Source of the DNA: Octopus vulgaris
Lineage: Eukaryota
Assembly (NCBI GenBank): GCA_951406725.2
Contig: OX597815.1
Location: 22,692,001 to 22,756,000 of the forward strand
Length of the DNA stretch: 64,000 nucleotides
Reading direction: 5' to 3'
In this document: positions 1 to 12,569 of the stretch, piece after piece
Numbering within the stretch: the stretch's first letter is position 1
Layout of the letters: every line of letters starts with the position of its first letter
Translations under genes and position numbers: made by a program
The notes under the pieces: generated by a model
Told to the model about the DNA's origin: nothing
What the model saw: only the letters and a program-made list of their open reading frames with translations
Database searches by the model: none

Positions 1-1091
1 CATTTACACGAGTGTATATATATATATATATATATACTTTGATACTTTGATACTTTGATAGGTTTCGACCATTATTGGGCCCAGGCCATGTCTAACTTAA
101 TAGCACCACCTGGTGAAGTCTTTCAAGTCAGAATTTGGGCACTATATATATATATATGCGTGTGCCATATAAAAAAACCTTGCTGGTACCATGTAATAAG
201 CACCGGTGCTGGTTCCACATCCAAAAGCACCCAGTACAGAAAAGCTGTTGGCGATAGAAAGGGCAGTCGTTGTAGAAACCATGCCTAAACAAACAAATGG
301 ACCCTAGTACATACACTATCGCGTACACGTACACACACACAAGGTTATGAAATGAAAGCAAATAAAACTCCACTCTGTCTACAAAAATATTAATAACCTT
401 CCCTGTATACGCTCATTCAAAGCGAAATAAATACCTACACTTATATCAGCTGAAAATGTTATTAATTTGGAACTTACACTTCCAAATTCTTAGTCTGAAA
501 AAACTAGTCATTATGCGGCGGCCATCGATTGACAGAGTCGCTGAAATAGCGGATAGAATATTTGTTCTGGTTCCCTACGCTCTGAATTCAAAATCCATCG
601 AAGTCAACTTAGGTATTCATATTGGGGGGGGGGGTCGATTAAAAATAAAAACTAGCGTATCGCATCAGGCCCCATAGTGAGATACACTAGAAGATTGCTG
701 TATCTGCTCACAATTACTTGATCACCGAAATCATTGTAGATGTTGATACTAGCTCATCTTCAATTCTGAGTGGTGGTTGTATATGCGCGATTACACTTAC
801 ATAACGTGTATGTATGTGTGTATGTCTGTGTGTATGTCTGTGTGTATGTATAGTCCACAGTCACATCATAGACACAAACATATATATATACATATAAATG
901 TTTACATTTATATATGCATGTATGTATATATATATATACATAGTGCAGAGACATATCATAGACATAAGCACATACACACACTCACACACACACACATACA
1001 TATATATGTATGTATATGTTTATATATGCAAATATATGAGTGTGCGTGTACATACATACACACACGTACATACATACATACATACATACAT

Positions 1092-1122
<31 letters not shown>

Positions 1123-1142
1123 TACATACATGCATGCATACA

Positions 1143-1176
<34 letters not shown>

Positions 1177-1833
1177 CATACATACATACACATACACACA
1201 TACATACATACATACATACATACACACACACATACATACATGCATACATACATACATACATACATACATACATGCATACATACATGCATACATACATACA
1301 TACACACATACATACATACACACTCACACACGCGTGTGAATAACGTGATCGCTACTGCATAATTAGGCTATTGAGACACTGTGTAGTGAAAACTTAGCAT
1401 TCGCTTACTCAAGTATCTTTAAGAAATCGACAACAACTGAGGGGATTTAGTGAGTAGAACTATGAAGTACGACTAAGTACGAAAGCCTGTTATTTTCTCA
1501 CGCTTAATATTTCATACGTCATGATCTATGACTAATATTTTAAACAAATACGTCGCAATCATTTCTAATGTCTTGTTTTCTTTTCGATATTTATGTTCTT
1601 GTTATTTTAGTACTCATATTGAATATAATCATTTACAGCACGTATAGTCATAGGAATTAAAACACAACTAAGTATCCATCTACAAACAAAGGTGTCTTGT
1701 ACATTCAGACAATGCATATCTCCATAATTATTATGTGAATGTAAGTATATAAAGTGTATATACGCGGTAGCTTAGGTGCAGGACCAAGTCTCCAAATAAG
1801 AGCGCGCGCGCACGCGTGTATGGTGTGCTTGTG

Positions 1834-1887
<54 letters not shown>

Positions 1888-2480
1888 CGTGTGTGCGCGC
1901 ACGGTGGTTGGATGTGTGGGTAGGTGGGTGTCTGTGCACACAGAAATATGTGACTGCGTATGTGTTTGCGCTCCGCGTATGTGCCGAGTCACCCGTCAGT
2001 ACGACTGCTAAAATGTCATTCAGTACAGATTGTTATATAGTCGGGTCGTCGGTGATTAATGTGGCACCCTCTACAAGATAACTCAATGAACAAGACTGAG
2101 AAACTCTTTTAACCACGTAATGTTTTTTTTTAATGCTGTTTTAATGGACGAAAAATTAAAACTTTGTATGAGAATGGATTTGACCCCATTGCATTCGGGA
2201 ACACTCAATATACTCGTCCATGTGTAAGCATTTGTTTAGTTTTGTTCATGCTGAAGTGCTACATGTGTAATAGCTGTCAAAGGGCAAGATGAACCCAGCG
2301 TAAGGTCAAAAGCTATCTAATAATAGCGCAAAGGGACCTATATATATTTCAGATGGATAGACGTGCACTCTCGCCTTGATGAAGGCAACTTGCTTAGGAG
2401 AGAGAGTCACTCAAATAAAAGTCTGGTAGGTAAAGCCAATATAGTCGTTGATCTACAATACTTATCTATTTCTAATACCT

Positions 2481-2710
2481 ATTTCTTTATTACCCACAAG
2501 GGGCTAAACACAGAGGGGACAAACAAGGACAGACATAGGTATTAAGTCGATTACATCGACCCCAGTGCGTAACTGGTACTTAATTAATCGACCCCGAAAG
2601 GATGAAAGGAAAAGTCGACCTCGGCGGAATTTGAACTCAGAACGTAATGGCCGAGGAAATACGGCTACGCAATTCGTCCGACGTGCTAACGTTTCTGCCA
2701 GCTCGCCGCC
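2481..2710 (-). mobile_element. tRNA-derived SINE, family A (Nin/Deu-like central domain), with ~20-bp TSD
   Basis: Minus strand starts GGCGGCGAGCTGGCAGAAACGTTAGC, has B-box-like GAGTTCAAATTCC and central CCTTTCATCCTTTCGGGGTCGAT. Flanked by cttatctatttctaatacct / cttatctatttgtaatacct. At least 7 further copies in the window. Confidence 0.9.
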
Positions 2711-3051
2711 TTATCTATTTGTAATACCTTATGTTCTTAGTATTTGCCTTGGTTATGATTATATTTGGTGTGGCTAAGTAAGGCAGCGCGGTGCTGTGCA
2801 AGCCATATGTTCCTTTCCTACGGATACCATAGAACTTATTCGTATTTTTCAAGAAATCGCTTTACATATTCACGGAACAGCTCCGTTGTAGGTGCGCCTA
2901 CTGAGTCTCAATTTCACTCGCCTGTTCACAATCTCGACACCTCTTTCTCTTCTTCATTTCTCTCTCTCTCTCTCTCTCTCAATCTATCTATCTCTTTCTA
3001 TATCTCTCTCTCTTTATCACGCACACACACACATATAAGGCAAGGAAAACA

Positions 3052-3465
3052 TTAATCGTGTTCACAACATGCTGATAGATGACAGGCAATAGACTATAAA
3101 TCAAATAGCCAATGCTATTAACATATCCCGTCAGAATCTTGAGAAATGAACTTGGCATGACGAAGGTTTCTGCTCTGTGGGTGCCACGGTTTCTGACACC
3201 TGATCAAAAGCGTACCAGGCTGATCACATCACGGGAAAATCTGACATTGTTTGAGATGGATCCAGCTGGTTTCTTTTGAATGTTTCCTTGCCCAGGGATG
3301 AATGTTGGTTTCATCACTTTGAGGCAGAGACAAAGAGACAATCCATGCTGTGAAAACACCCTTCCTCACATGCTCCGAAGAAGGCTTAGATGATTTCATC
3401 TACAGGAAAGTTGATGGCCTCAGTTTTTTGATATTCAGAAGGCATTGGTAGACCTATGTTACATC
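3052..3465 (+). pseudogene. mariner transposase fragment, decayed
   Basis: Manual translation gives LGMTKVSALWVPRFLTPDQK, DECWFHHFEAETKRQS and GKLMASVF, which are mariner WVP(R/H)xL and first catalytic D-region motifs. Stops and frameshifts are present. Confidence 0.85.
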
Positions 3466-4197
3466 GTAAAGGTGAGAATAGAATTATTTTCAAGATCGTT
3501 TTCAAATCTATCAGCCTATTCGTCCATATCCGTCACAATAAATATGCCATCAACGAGCCTAGTTAAGCAATTTCGATATTTCGTGGTCGCAGACATGCGA
3601 GATACATCAACCGCCACACTAAGAATAATATTTTACCCTTAGTTGGGGTTCTATCAATCAGGAGACACGCAGTGTTGCCGGCAAGTTACGAGCAGATTGG
3701 ATTTTTCCGTATCCTGACACATGTAACTACAGCAAGAGGTCGGTCTATCGATTCGAGCAGTCTCCCTGTACGCCCGTCACCAATTCGAGTATTTATGTCT
3801 GCATGCACTACATTTTTCTTTTCCTATTTCTCTTTCATGTTGTAAGTGGACAAATGAGATACTGAATTTGAGTAGATAATACGTAGATGCGAGCGGAAGT
3901 TTTTGCATTTTGTTCTTTTTTTGCTTTTAGTTTTTTTCGAAGTGAACACTACTCCCTTCTCGTAGCATATACTCAATGACAATTATAAACTAAAGGCAAC
4001 TGAGCTTATATGGGAATGCAGAAGATTGCCCAAATGGCTGAAGGGATCTTCAGATCTGACAGTACCATATATTTGCGGTGTAACTATGCCATAATACATC
4101 ATACCGAACATTTACCCTGTATCATGGTTTCTGTCCTAGCATAACAGCATGTTGACACTAGAAATACACACGCGCACGCACGCACACACATACTCAC

Positions 4198-4450
4198 ACA
4201 TGCACGCACACATACATACATGCATGCATACATACATACATACATACATACATACATACATACATACATACATACACACACATACATACATACATACATA
4301 CATACATACATACATACATACATACATACATACATACATACATACATGCATGCATGCATACATACATACATACATACATACATACATACATACATACATA
4401 CATACATACATACATACATACATACATACATACATACATACATACATACA
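4198..4450. repeat. (CATA)n microsatellite, 5' flank of LINE
   Basis: Read directly. Confidence 0.95.
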
Positions 4451-6447
4451 ACTTTTGATAAACAAAACTGTACTGTCTGAAGTAAGAAAACAACGTAGAA
4501 ACCTTGCGAGAGTATGGCTGACTAAAAGGAGGCATTTGACTCTATCCCTCATTCATGGCTGTTGAAGTGCCTACACCTACCTTAATTGCTACTATAGAGA
4601 CTCACAAAGACAGGGACAATAGTTCTTACCCTTACAACTGAGAACGGAATAATTGTTTCTAATAGCATAGGCATTTCAAAGGAAAATTCCTGGGAGGTAG
4701 TCTTTTTGTATTTCTTTTCATGTTGGCACTGAATTCATTATCGTTCCTACTGCAGAAAACAAATGGTTACATGTTAGGATCTTCAACACCTAGAAATGTC
4801 AATGTAACTCATAATTTCTTTGTAGATGACCTGAAGATTTATTCTAAAAATGTTAACAATGCCAAAAAAAAAAAAACGAAATTAATAACATTTTCAGATG
4901 ATATAAGCATGGAATTTGGCCAAAAGAAATGTTCGTATTTTGTTATAGAACGAGGAAATTCAGTACCCCAAACCCAAAACCTGTGCTTCAACGGTCTCTG
5001 TATCTCTCCCATTCCACACAAAGAATGTTACAAGTTCCTAGGCATAGATGAAAACGTATCATATGAAGACACTGTGAATAAAGATAGATAACCCGAGAAT
5101 TTTTACACAAGACTTAGGAAAATATGGCAATTGGAACTCTCTTCTTACATCAAAACAAAATCCCACAATGCATTTTCAGTACTAATGCTGATCCCAACAT
5201 TTGTGATACTTGATTAGTCTGTAGAGGAAATCCACTCTATAGATATCAAAATCCGATAAATTCTGACAATAGCTGACAACTTCCACAGAAACAGTGATGT
5301 TGACAGGTTCTAACTAAGAAGAAACGAAGGTGGTAGAGGCCTGAGATCAGTACAGACGGCCTTCGAATGCATCTGCTAAACAACACCAGCAAAAATAAAT
5401 ACATAAATGCAGTGCTGAAAAGTGAAGGGAGCAACATTGTACGAGTTGGTAGTGAACTCCTCAAGAAACATTTTCTTCCTGATGGTTTCCTAATCAGCCT
5501 CAAAACAGCTGGGCTCTCTTACCTCAGAGAAGACTTAGATGGAAAGCACTCAACTTACAAAAAAGCAGATTATGCATATGTATGTTGCCCGGAAGCTTGA
5601 AGAAGGCAGTAGAATTGACTCGACGTGCAACCTCTCTTGGACACATCACACTTTGAAAGCTATGCATTTGCAATCCAGAAACAGGAGATTGCCACACAGT
5701 ACCTGGTGAACAAGAAAGACAGTGACACTCTTGCAATCCCAAGGTGCAACCGCATGTGTAGGCTATGTCATGTATCTGTGGAAGACATTACGCATGTGAT
5801 TAGCAGCTCTCCTAAAATGTCATCACGGTACTTCCTCCCTATGCGGCACGATGTTGTTGCTAAAACAGATTACAATGCCATCTGAAAAAAGACTGTCCTG
5901 AAATAAACTTAGAAAATCCTTGTCATGGAATACATTCATAAACACAAACTCAAGGGATATTGGTGGAATATTCCCATCAAAACTTCTGTCAAATGTAAAC
6001 ATAGCAGGCTATATATTATTATTAGGGAAAGAGAGGCAAAGGTATGTACTATCTTAGAGGACGGCCGCCCTGCAGATATAAATATCTCTTTGAAAATCAA
6101 AGAAAAAGAGTATATCTATGGACAACCGCTTATATATCCTCCAGCTTATATATCCAGACTATGAATTCATATTCATACCAATAATAATTGGAGCACTAGG
6201 CTTTGTTGGTAAATGCTTAAAGGAGAATCTGGATAAACTGGGATTTTCAGAAAGAAAAATCGACCGGCTAATTCGTACATTACAAGTGCAATCTGTGAAT
6301 GGAACTGTAAAAATATGCAAGACTTTTCTTAAGTTGCAAATGTGAATTTATCTGTGTTAACTACATCTCAATGAGAGAGCCTTGTATCTTTGTTGGAAAC
6401 CGGCTCCCTCCTCAGTGGAATATTTATAATAATTAAAAATAGAAGAG
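4451..6447 (+). mobile_element. R4/Dong-like RLE non-LTR retrotransposon, 5'-truncated and decayed, inserted in (CATA)n
   Basis: ORF pieces give RT motif HNFFVDDLKIY and YKFLGI, zinc knuckle CRLCH..EDITHVISS, RHDVVAK, and RLE C-terminus FIPIIIGALG...VKICKTFL. Both ends abut CATA repeats. Confidence 0.88.
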
Positions 6448-7760
6448 ACATACATACATACATACATACATACATACATACATACATACATACATACATA
6501 CATACATACATCGCGGAAGACAGCCATTTAAAATGACCCAACTTTTACATTTACTTTCGTCTCGCTTTTTTAAATTATAATTCCAGTGTCTTAATCGAAA
6601 GTAGAATTTTTTAGAATATAAGCGTGTTTAATCCTTGCTCTCCAGAATGCCACAGTTTGGAATTACCTCCCACGTACATTAACCCAACAGACATGTGCCT
6701 ACACATATTGAAACCTTTATGCAATATTATCTTTTGGGCTTGATACTTAACGTTACATGTGTATGTTCATGCGTCTGAGTGTATTTGTGCTTGTCTATAT
6801 ATTTCTGACTGTACGCCTTTGTGCCCACATGCATGTTTGTGACTGCCGTATGTTTGTTTGCATGTTTGTTTATGCCTGAGCAACCAGATGCAGCTTGGAA
6901 TGCTCTGATTAATAGCTACTACCTCTTGTAGATACACCTAAGTCATTGTTTGTTGCTTCTATCGGGATTGGATTGAGATAAATTATGACTGTATGAATGT
7001 TGAATGAATATTAGCGATGGCATTCTTTGATAGCACTTTTTTGTATTCCATTCTATCGTTGTTATTTGGTTAGTATGCAGAGATTATCGATCTTTTTGTT
7101 TCTTTCAACATCTTTTACATCCGGAAGTTAGTGAGACCAGTTTCGGTTTAGTAAACAAATGTGATTAGTTCTTCCTGTGATGACTAAGAACGGGAATATT
7201 AATATTTTTTATCTGCTGACATCATCCATTTTTTTAAAGCTTACGTTCGATGAATATTAGAACAATGCAACACTCTTTATTTGGCAGAAAAAGTAAAATA
7301 TTGGATTAAAGGCCATTACACTATTAGCTTCGTTGCTTCGAGCTCAACTTCCGGCAAAACTTTCATTCCCTTGGGTTACATTAAGTCATTTAGAAAAATA
7401 GACATTTTTCTTACAAGAATTGGCCTTCTATTTAACCGGAAGAGAGTGACATTAAGATATATAGATGAAAGTGTTTTAATATTTTAATAGAGCTGAAAAT
7501 ATATAAGTTTATATATCTTTTTATTATTTCCCAGGTGTCCACTAAATTTAAGTAATATTATTTTTATACGGACATACCAATACGTATACTCTTATACACA
7601 GAAACTGTTTCTTTCTCCATCATTAACACACGCACTCTCTCTTTCTCTTACTCGATCTCCCTCCCCTCTCTATCTCTCTCAATCCATATATATGTGTGTA
7701 TGTGTGTGTGTGTGTGTGTTTATATGTGTATGTGTGTGTATATATATATGTATATATGTT

Positions 7761-7828
<68 letters not shown>

Positions 7829-7857
7829 CTATATGTTTCTATGCATGTATGTATACA

Positions 7858-7945
<88 letters not shown>

Positions 7946-8040
7946 TATATGTATGTAAATATATATAAATATATACACACACACACTCACACACACAAAC
8001 ACACGTGTATATATACATATGTGTGTGTGTGTGTGCGTGC

Positions 8041-8771
8041 GAATTAACTCCGAAATTGGTCCAATACGGTAATAACGAATTTTTTAGAAATTTCTATCGG
8101 TTTGTTTCGAGATGCATAAATTATAATTGACAATTAATTGACAATTTTTGTCTTTTTTTCGGCATATTTGGCATTAGAATTTTTCTTTTGCCCTTACATT
8201 GTAAATTATTTATAAATTTAACCTTTAAAGGTATTTTTTGATATGCTGGCCATTGATGAAATTTTTTTCCCGAAAACAATTTTATCCTACATTAGTTATA
8301 AATTTGAATAGTGTTCACTTCCGGATTCTATCACTCTGTGAAAGTTTCTAGTTCGAATCACACGTGTCTCGAGACGTGCCGAAGATTTTCTATTTTGGAT
8401 ATATTTGGGGTACTTAGGTCTGCTCAGGACTTGGTGTTTGCTTTTTCCATGGGTATGAGTAAGTATTTCACTTATACCTCGCGTATTTGCCGCTGAAGAG
8501 GAGAAAATTCTTATGAATTAACTCCGAAATTGGTCCAATACGGTAATAACGAATTTTTTAGAAATTTCTATCGGTTTGTTTCGAGACGCATAAATTATAA
8601 TGGTTAATTGACAATTTTTGTCTTTTTTTTCGGCATATTTGGCATTAGAATTTTTCTTTTGCCCTTATATTGTAAATTATTTATAAATTTAACCTTTAAA
8701 GGTATTTTTTGATATGCTGGCCATTGATGAAATTTTTTTCCCTAAAAAAATTTTATCCTACATTAGTTATA
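8041..8771 (+). mobile_element. Partial-tandem (about 474-bp period) pLTR/retrozyme-like element
   Basis: 8041-8300 is near-identical to 8515-8771, with a hammerhead-like motif at the junction (8493-8535). Confidence 0.6.
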
Positions 8772-8793
8772 TATATATATATATATATATATA

Positions 8794-9400
8794 CTAGCAG
8801 TATCGCCCGGCGTTGCTCGGGTTTGTAAGGGAAATAACTATATAAGCATTTTTAGAGAGTTATTGCCAAAAAATAGCAAAAAAATGCATTAAAAATGGGG
8901 AAAAAAAATGATGGTAAATTTTTTTTTAAATCGATGACTCATCGTAGACATTTTTAGAGAGTTACTTCCCTTATAAATTCGGGCTTTCTTAGCCATTTTT
9001 GTTTGGGTGTCTTCAAGCCATGAAGTCGTTGTTCTAAAAGAACGCTGGTCTCCTTCATAACGCATTACGACGTTGATTTCTTTACACTCCCTTCCCCACA
9101 GCTTCACGAGGGAGGGAAGGGGGAGAAGCAAACAGTGCAGCTGTGAGCGTGGACACCAACTCCGCCGCCATCGACACACGATGCATTTTAGGCATTAAAA
9201 TGGAATAAAAAATGATGTTAAATTATTTTTAAAATCGTAGACTCATCGTTGACGCGCGCTAATAGTCAGACGGGCTCGATATGAATCACGACTATAAGAT
9301 ACCCGAATTTGGTTAAACTGCACCGCAAAATGTGGGAGGAGTTAGGAATCTAAATCGAAGGGGACAGACACTCACACAACTAGAGTTTTATATATATAGA
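8794..9400 (-). mobile_element. Non-autonomous Helitron
   Basis: Minus strand begins TCTATATATATAAAA and ends with GC hairpin CCCGAGCAACGCCGGG followed by CTAG. Inserted between A and T in a (TA)n tract with no TSD. Confidence 0.8.
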
Positions 9401-9441
9401 TATATATATATGTATAAGGGTGGAAAGGAACACACGAGTTG

Positions 9442-10163
9442 ATATATATGAAAAAACAAATCAAAAATAGAAAATGCTAAGATAATTTTATAATGAATCT
9501 TTCAGTACCGGTTTCGGTCATTTTGAGACCTTTTCAACTGTAACGATTAAATAATTAAATTTAGAAAAATTAGAAGAAAAGTTTTTTTAAAAGAATATTT
9601 CTATAGTAGTGTTCAGATATAAGTAGCATTCTGCCTTTCTCTGACTCCCTTGTTTGCACTTGTGTGTTCGGGGTCGTTGTGAGTTCTTGGTAGGGTAGGT
9701 GAAGAATAAGGAGGCTGATATGGAGAGGGGGCGGGGAAATCTGGGAATGCCTTGATGGTCGTATTGAGTTCTTGGTAGGGTAGGTGAAGAATAAGGAGGC
9801 TGATGTGGAGAGGGGGCGGGAAATCTGGGAATGCCTTGATGGTCGTATTTTGAATACGACCATCAAGGCATTCCCAGATTTCCCGCCCCCTCTCCACATC
9901 AGCCTCCTTATTCTTCACCTACCCTACCAAGAACTCACCACGACCCCGAACACACAAGTGCAAACAAGGGAGTCAGAGAAAGGCAGAATGCTACTTATAT
10001 CTGAACACTACTATAGAAATATTCTTTTAAAAAAACTTTTCTTCTAATTTTTCTAAATTTAATTATTTAATCGTTACAGTTGAAAAGGTCTCAAAATGAC
10101 CGAAACCGGTACTGAAAGATTCACTATAAAATTATCTTAGCATTTTCTATTTTTGACTTGTTT

Positions 10164-10175
<12 letters not shown>
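9442..10175. mobile_element. About 730-bp palindromic element (inverted pLTR-like arms)
   Basis: Arms are reverse complements around GGTCGTATT-TTG-AATACGACC (loop 9850-9852). The left arm has an extra ~85-bp tandem duplication (9681-9765 / 9766-9849). Confidence 0.8.
10077..10114 (+). ncRNA. Hammerhead-like motif with variant core (mirror copy 9503-9540 on minus)
   Basis: cag-TTGAAAA-GGTC(tcaaaat)GACC-GAAA-CCGGT-A-ctg, with palindromic ACCGGT. Confidence 0.5.
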
Positions 10176-10205
<30 letters not shown>

Positions 10206-10390
10206 TAAGCAATAAAGGGTTTAGCAACGAATTGCCTTACCACATACCGAATTTAGAAATAGCAGTCAAAGAGTTATAGCTATTTCTTCTACTAAAAAGG
10301 GAGATCTCAGTAAAAACAGCAATTGGAAGGCAGACACAAACAGGTAAGAGAGAATGAATTGACGGCAATCTATCATACAATTTTAAGTTA

Positions 10391-10491
10391 TCTACGGACG
10401 TACGTTTCGAAATCAAGTTTTTAGGAAAGCATGAGAATTAAATATTAAATAATTCTATCTTACCGAAAACTTCTTTTCTCTTCAGCGTAGA
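10391..10491 (-). ncRNA. Type I hammerhead ribozyme candidate with canonical core
   Basis: Minus strand: tctacg-CTGAAGA-GAAAagAAGTTTT...AAAACTTgaTTTC-GAAA-CGTACG-TC-cgtaga. Has a 6-bp stem I, GUC cleavage triplet and palindromic ACGTACGT stem III. Confidence 0.78.
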
Positions 10492-10724
10492 ATACTATAA
10501 TCATAAATGATTATATATTGAATTTTGAGATACTAGAAGGCATCAACTCAACTCAGTATCAGAGCGAGCTATCATGAACCGATAATAAGTAAGACAATAA
10601 ATATATGTAAAGTAAAGGTGAGTAATCATATTACTGTTTCTCCTTTAGTTTCACTTGGTTTGTAGATACTCATCTATTATTCAATTCTGGTTAAATAACT
10701 ACTAATATATCCACACAAAATCAA

Positions 10725-10787
<63 letters not shown>

Positions 10788-11285
10788 TCCGAATAGTCTG
10801 CAAGAAACTAATCATGTTCCTTGAAGAAAATTACTTCCTGAGTGACACCCAGGATGGATTTCGACCAGGTAGAAGCTGTCTAACACAGCTCCTGCAACAC
10901 TATGACTGGGTGTTAAAACAGCTACTAAATGACTCAAGTGTGGATGTGATATATCTCGACTTTGCAAAAGCCTTTGATAAAGCCGACCATGGTATGATCT
11001 GTCACAAACTCCGTGATCTCGGCATATGCAGAAAACTAGAGTGGCTGCACAACTTCCTAAAAGATAGAAGGCAGGCAGTGGTGACCAATGGAGCTACCTC
11101 GAAGGAAACACAAATAACAAGTGGTGTTCCACAGCTGTTATAGGGGCTCTTTCAGTCATGCCCTCAATTGCTAAAATGGTCACCCTTGCTAGCTATGCAG
11201 ATGACACATAAGTCTCTCAGACAATACTAAATCCTGAAAATATTGCACATCTGCAACGGGAATTGGATACAATTGGGCTGAGTAT
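10788..11285 (+). pseudogene. CR1/L2-group LINE reverse transcriptase fragment
   Basis: QDGFRPGRSCLTQLL, VDVIYLDFAKAFDKADH and SGVPQ, with YADD encoded downstream (tatgcagatgac). Confidence 0.9.
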
Positions 11286-11386
11286 ATCCAAGAAATTGAC
11301 TTTATCAGATTTATCAAAATTTATCTCTGACAATGAAATTAAAACATATTTCAGTCACACACGTCTCGCGTTTCTTTTGCGATTCA

Positions 11387-11418
<32 letters not shown>

Positions 11419-11800
11419 ATAACAGAAATAAGTAGTTCGTTACCATAGGTTTCGGGCTAATATATTCATAAATATTCAATCTAGTTTGCGTAATGGATGA
11501 CAACTCTGCCATTTAAGTGCTGAGAGGGACAGCATAAGACTTTGTGAGATTACAGAGGATACAGGATATCAAAAATCATGAACCGATAATAAGTAAGACA
11601 ATAAATATATGTAAAGTAAAGGTGAGTAATCATATTACTGTTTCTCCTTTAGTTTCACTTGGTTTGTAGATACTCATCTATTATTCAATTCTGGTTAAAT
11701 AACTACTAATATATCCACACAAAATCAATGAATTCTATTAAAGGAAAGTATTTACCAACTCATGCAGAGATGAATACTTCTCCTACATCGTCACTCACAC

Positions 11801-11875
<75 letters not shown>

Positions 11876-12211
11876 TATCTATCTCTCTATATATATATAT
11901 ATATATCATGTATATCTATATATATGGAAATGTGTATGTATGTATGTAATACCTCTCTCTGAAATCTATTTTCTTAATATTCAAAAAATATGGACTAGCT
12001 GTAATTGTAGGGAATATCGCCCATGCTTGCTATTTTTACACATGGATACCTCTGAAGGTATTTCCTTGTATTCAAATTGCGTTGATAACCCTGTTGATTG
12101 ATGTTTTTCAACACAGGATATTACGTATGTGACACTGCAATATACTTCTCTTTAGAAATCTAATACAATCAAAACATATCCGTTCCTCTGACTAGTTTTG
12201 TTTACGAAACA

Positions 12212-12220
12212 ATAATTATA

Positions 12221-12252
<32 letters not shown>

Positions 12253-12281
12253 CATAATAATAATAATTATCATCATCATCA

Positions 12282-12362
<81 letters not shown>
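12212..12362. repeat. (TTA/TAA)n microsatellite
   Basis: Read directly. Confidence 0.95.
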
Positions 12363-12363
<1 letters not shown>

Positions 12364-12364
12364 A

Positions 12365-12552
12365 GCGAGCTGGCAGAATCATTAGCACGTCGGGCAAAAT
12401 GCTTTACATACTCAGTTCAAATTCTGCTGAAGTCGAATTTACCTTTCATCCTTTCGAGGTCGATAAAATAAGAACTAGTTGAGCACTGGAGTTGATTTAA
12501 TGGACTTATTCTCTCCCCTGAAATTGTTCGCCTTGTGCCAAAATTTAAAACC
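12365..12552 (+). mobile_element. SINE related to family A (diverged, different tail)
   Basis: GCGAGCTGGCAGAATCATTAGCACG head and CCTTTCATCCTTTCGAGGTCGATAAAATAAG core. Confidence 0.75.
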
Positions 12553-12569
12553 ATTCTCATCATTATTAT

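Noticed and set aside
777-1362. Long ORFs rich in HTYI/MYVC (also 4099-4565, 25192-25766, 36867-37980, 38954-39715, 43061-43744, 58600-59234)
   Set aside because: These are translations of stop-free microsatellites, not genes.
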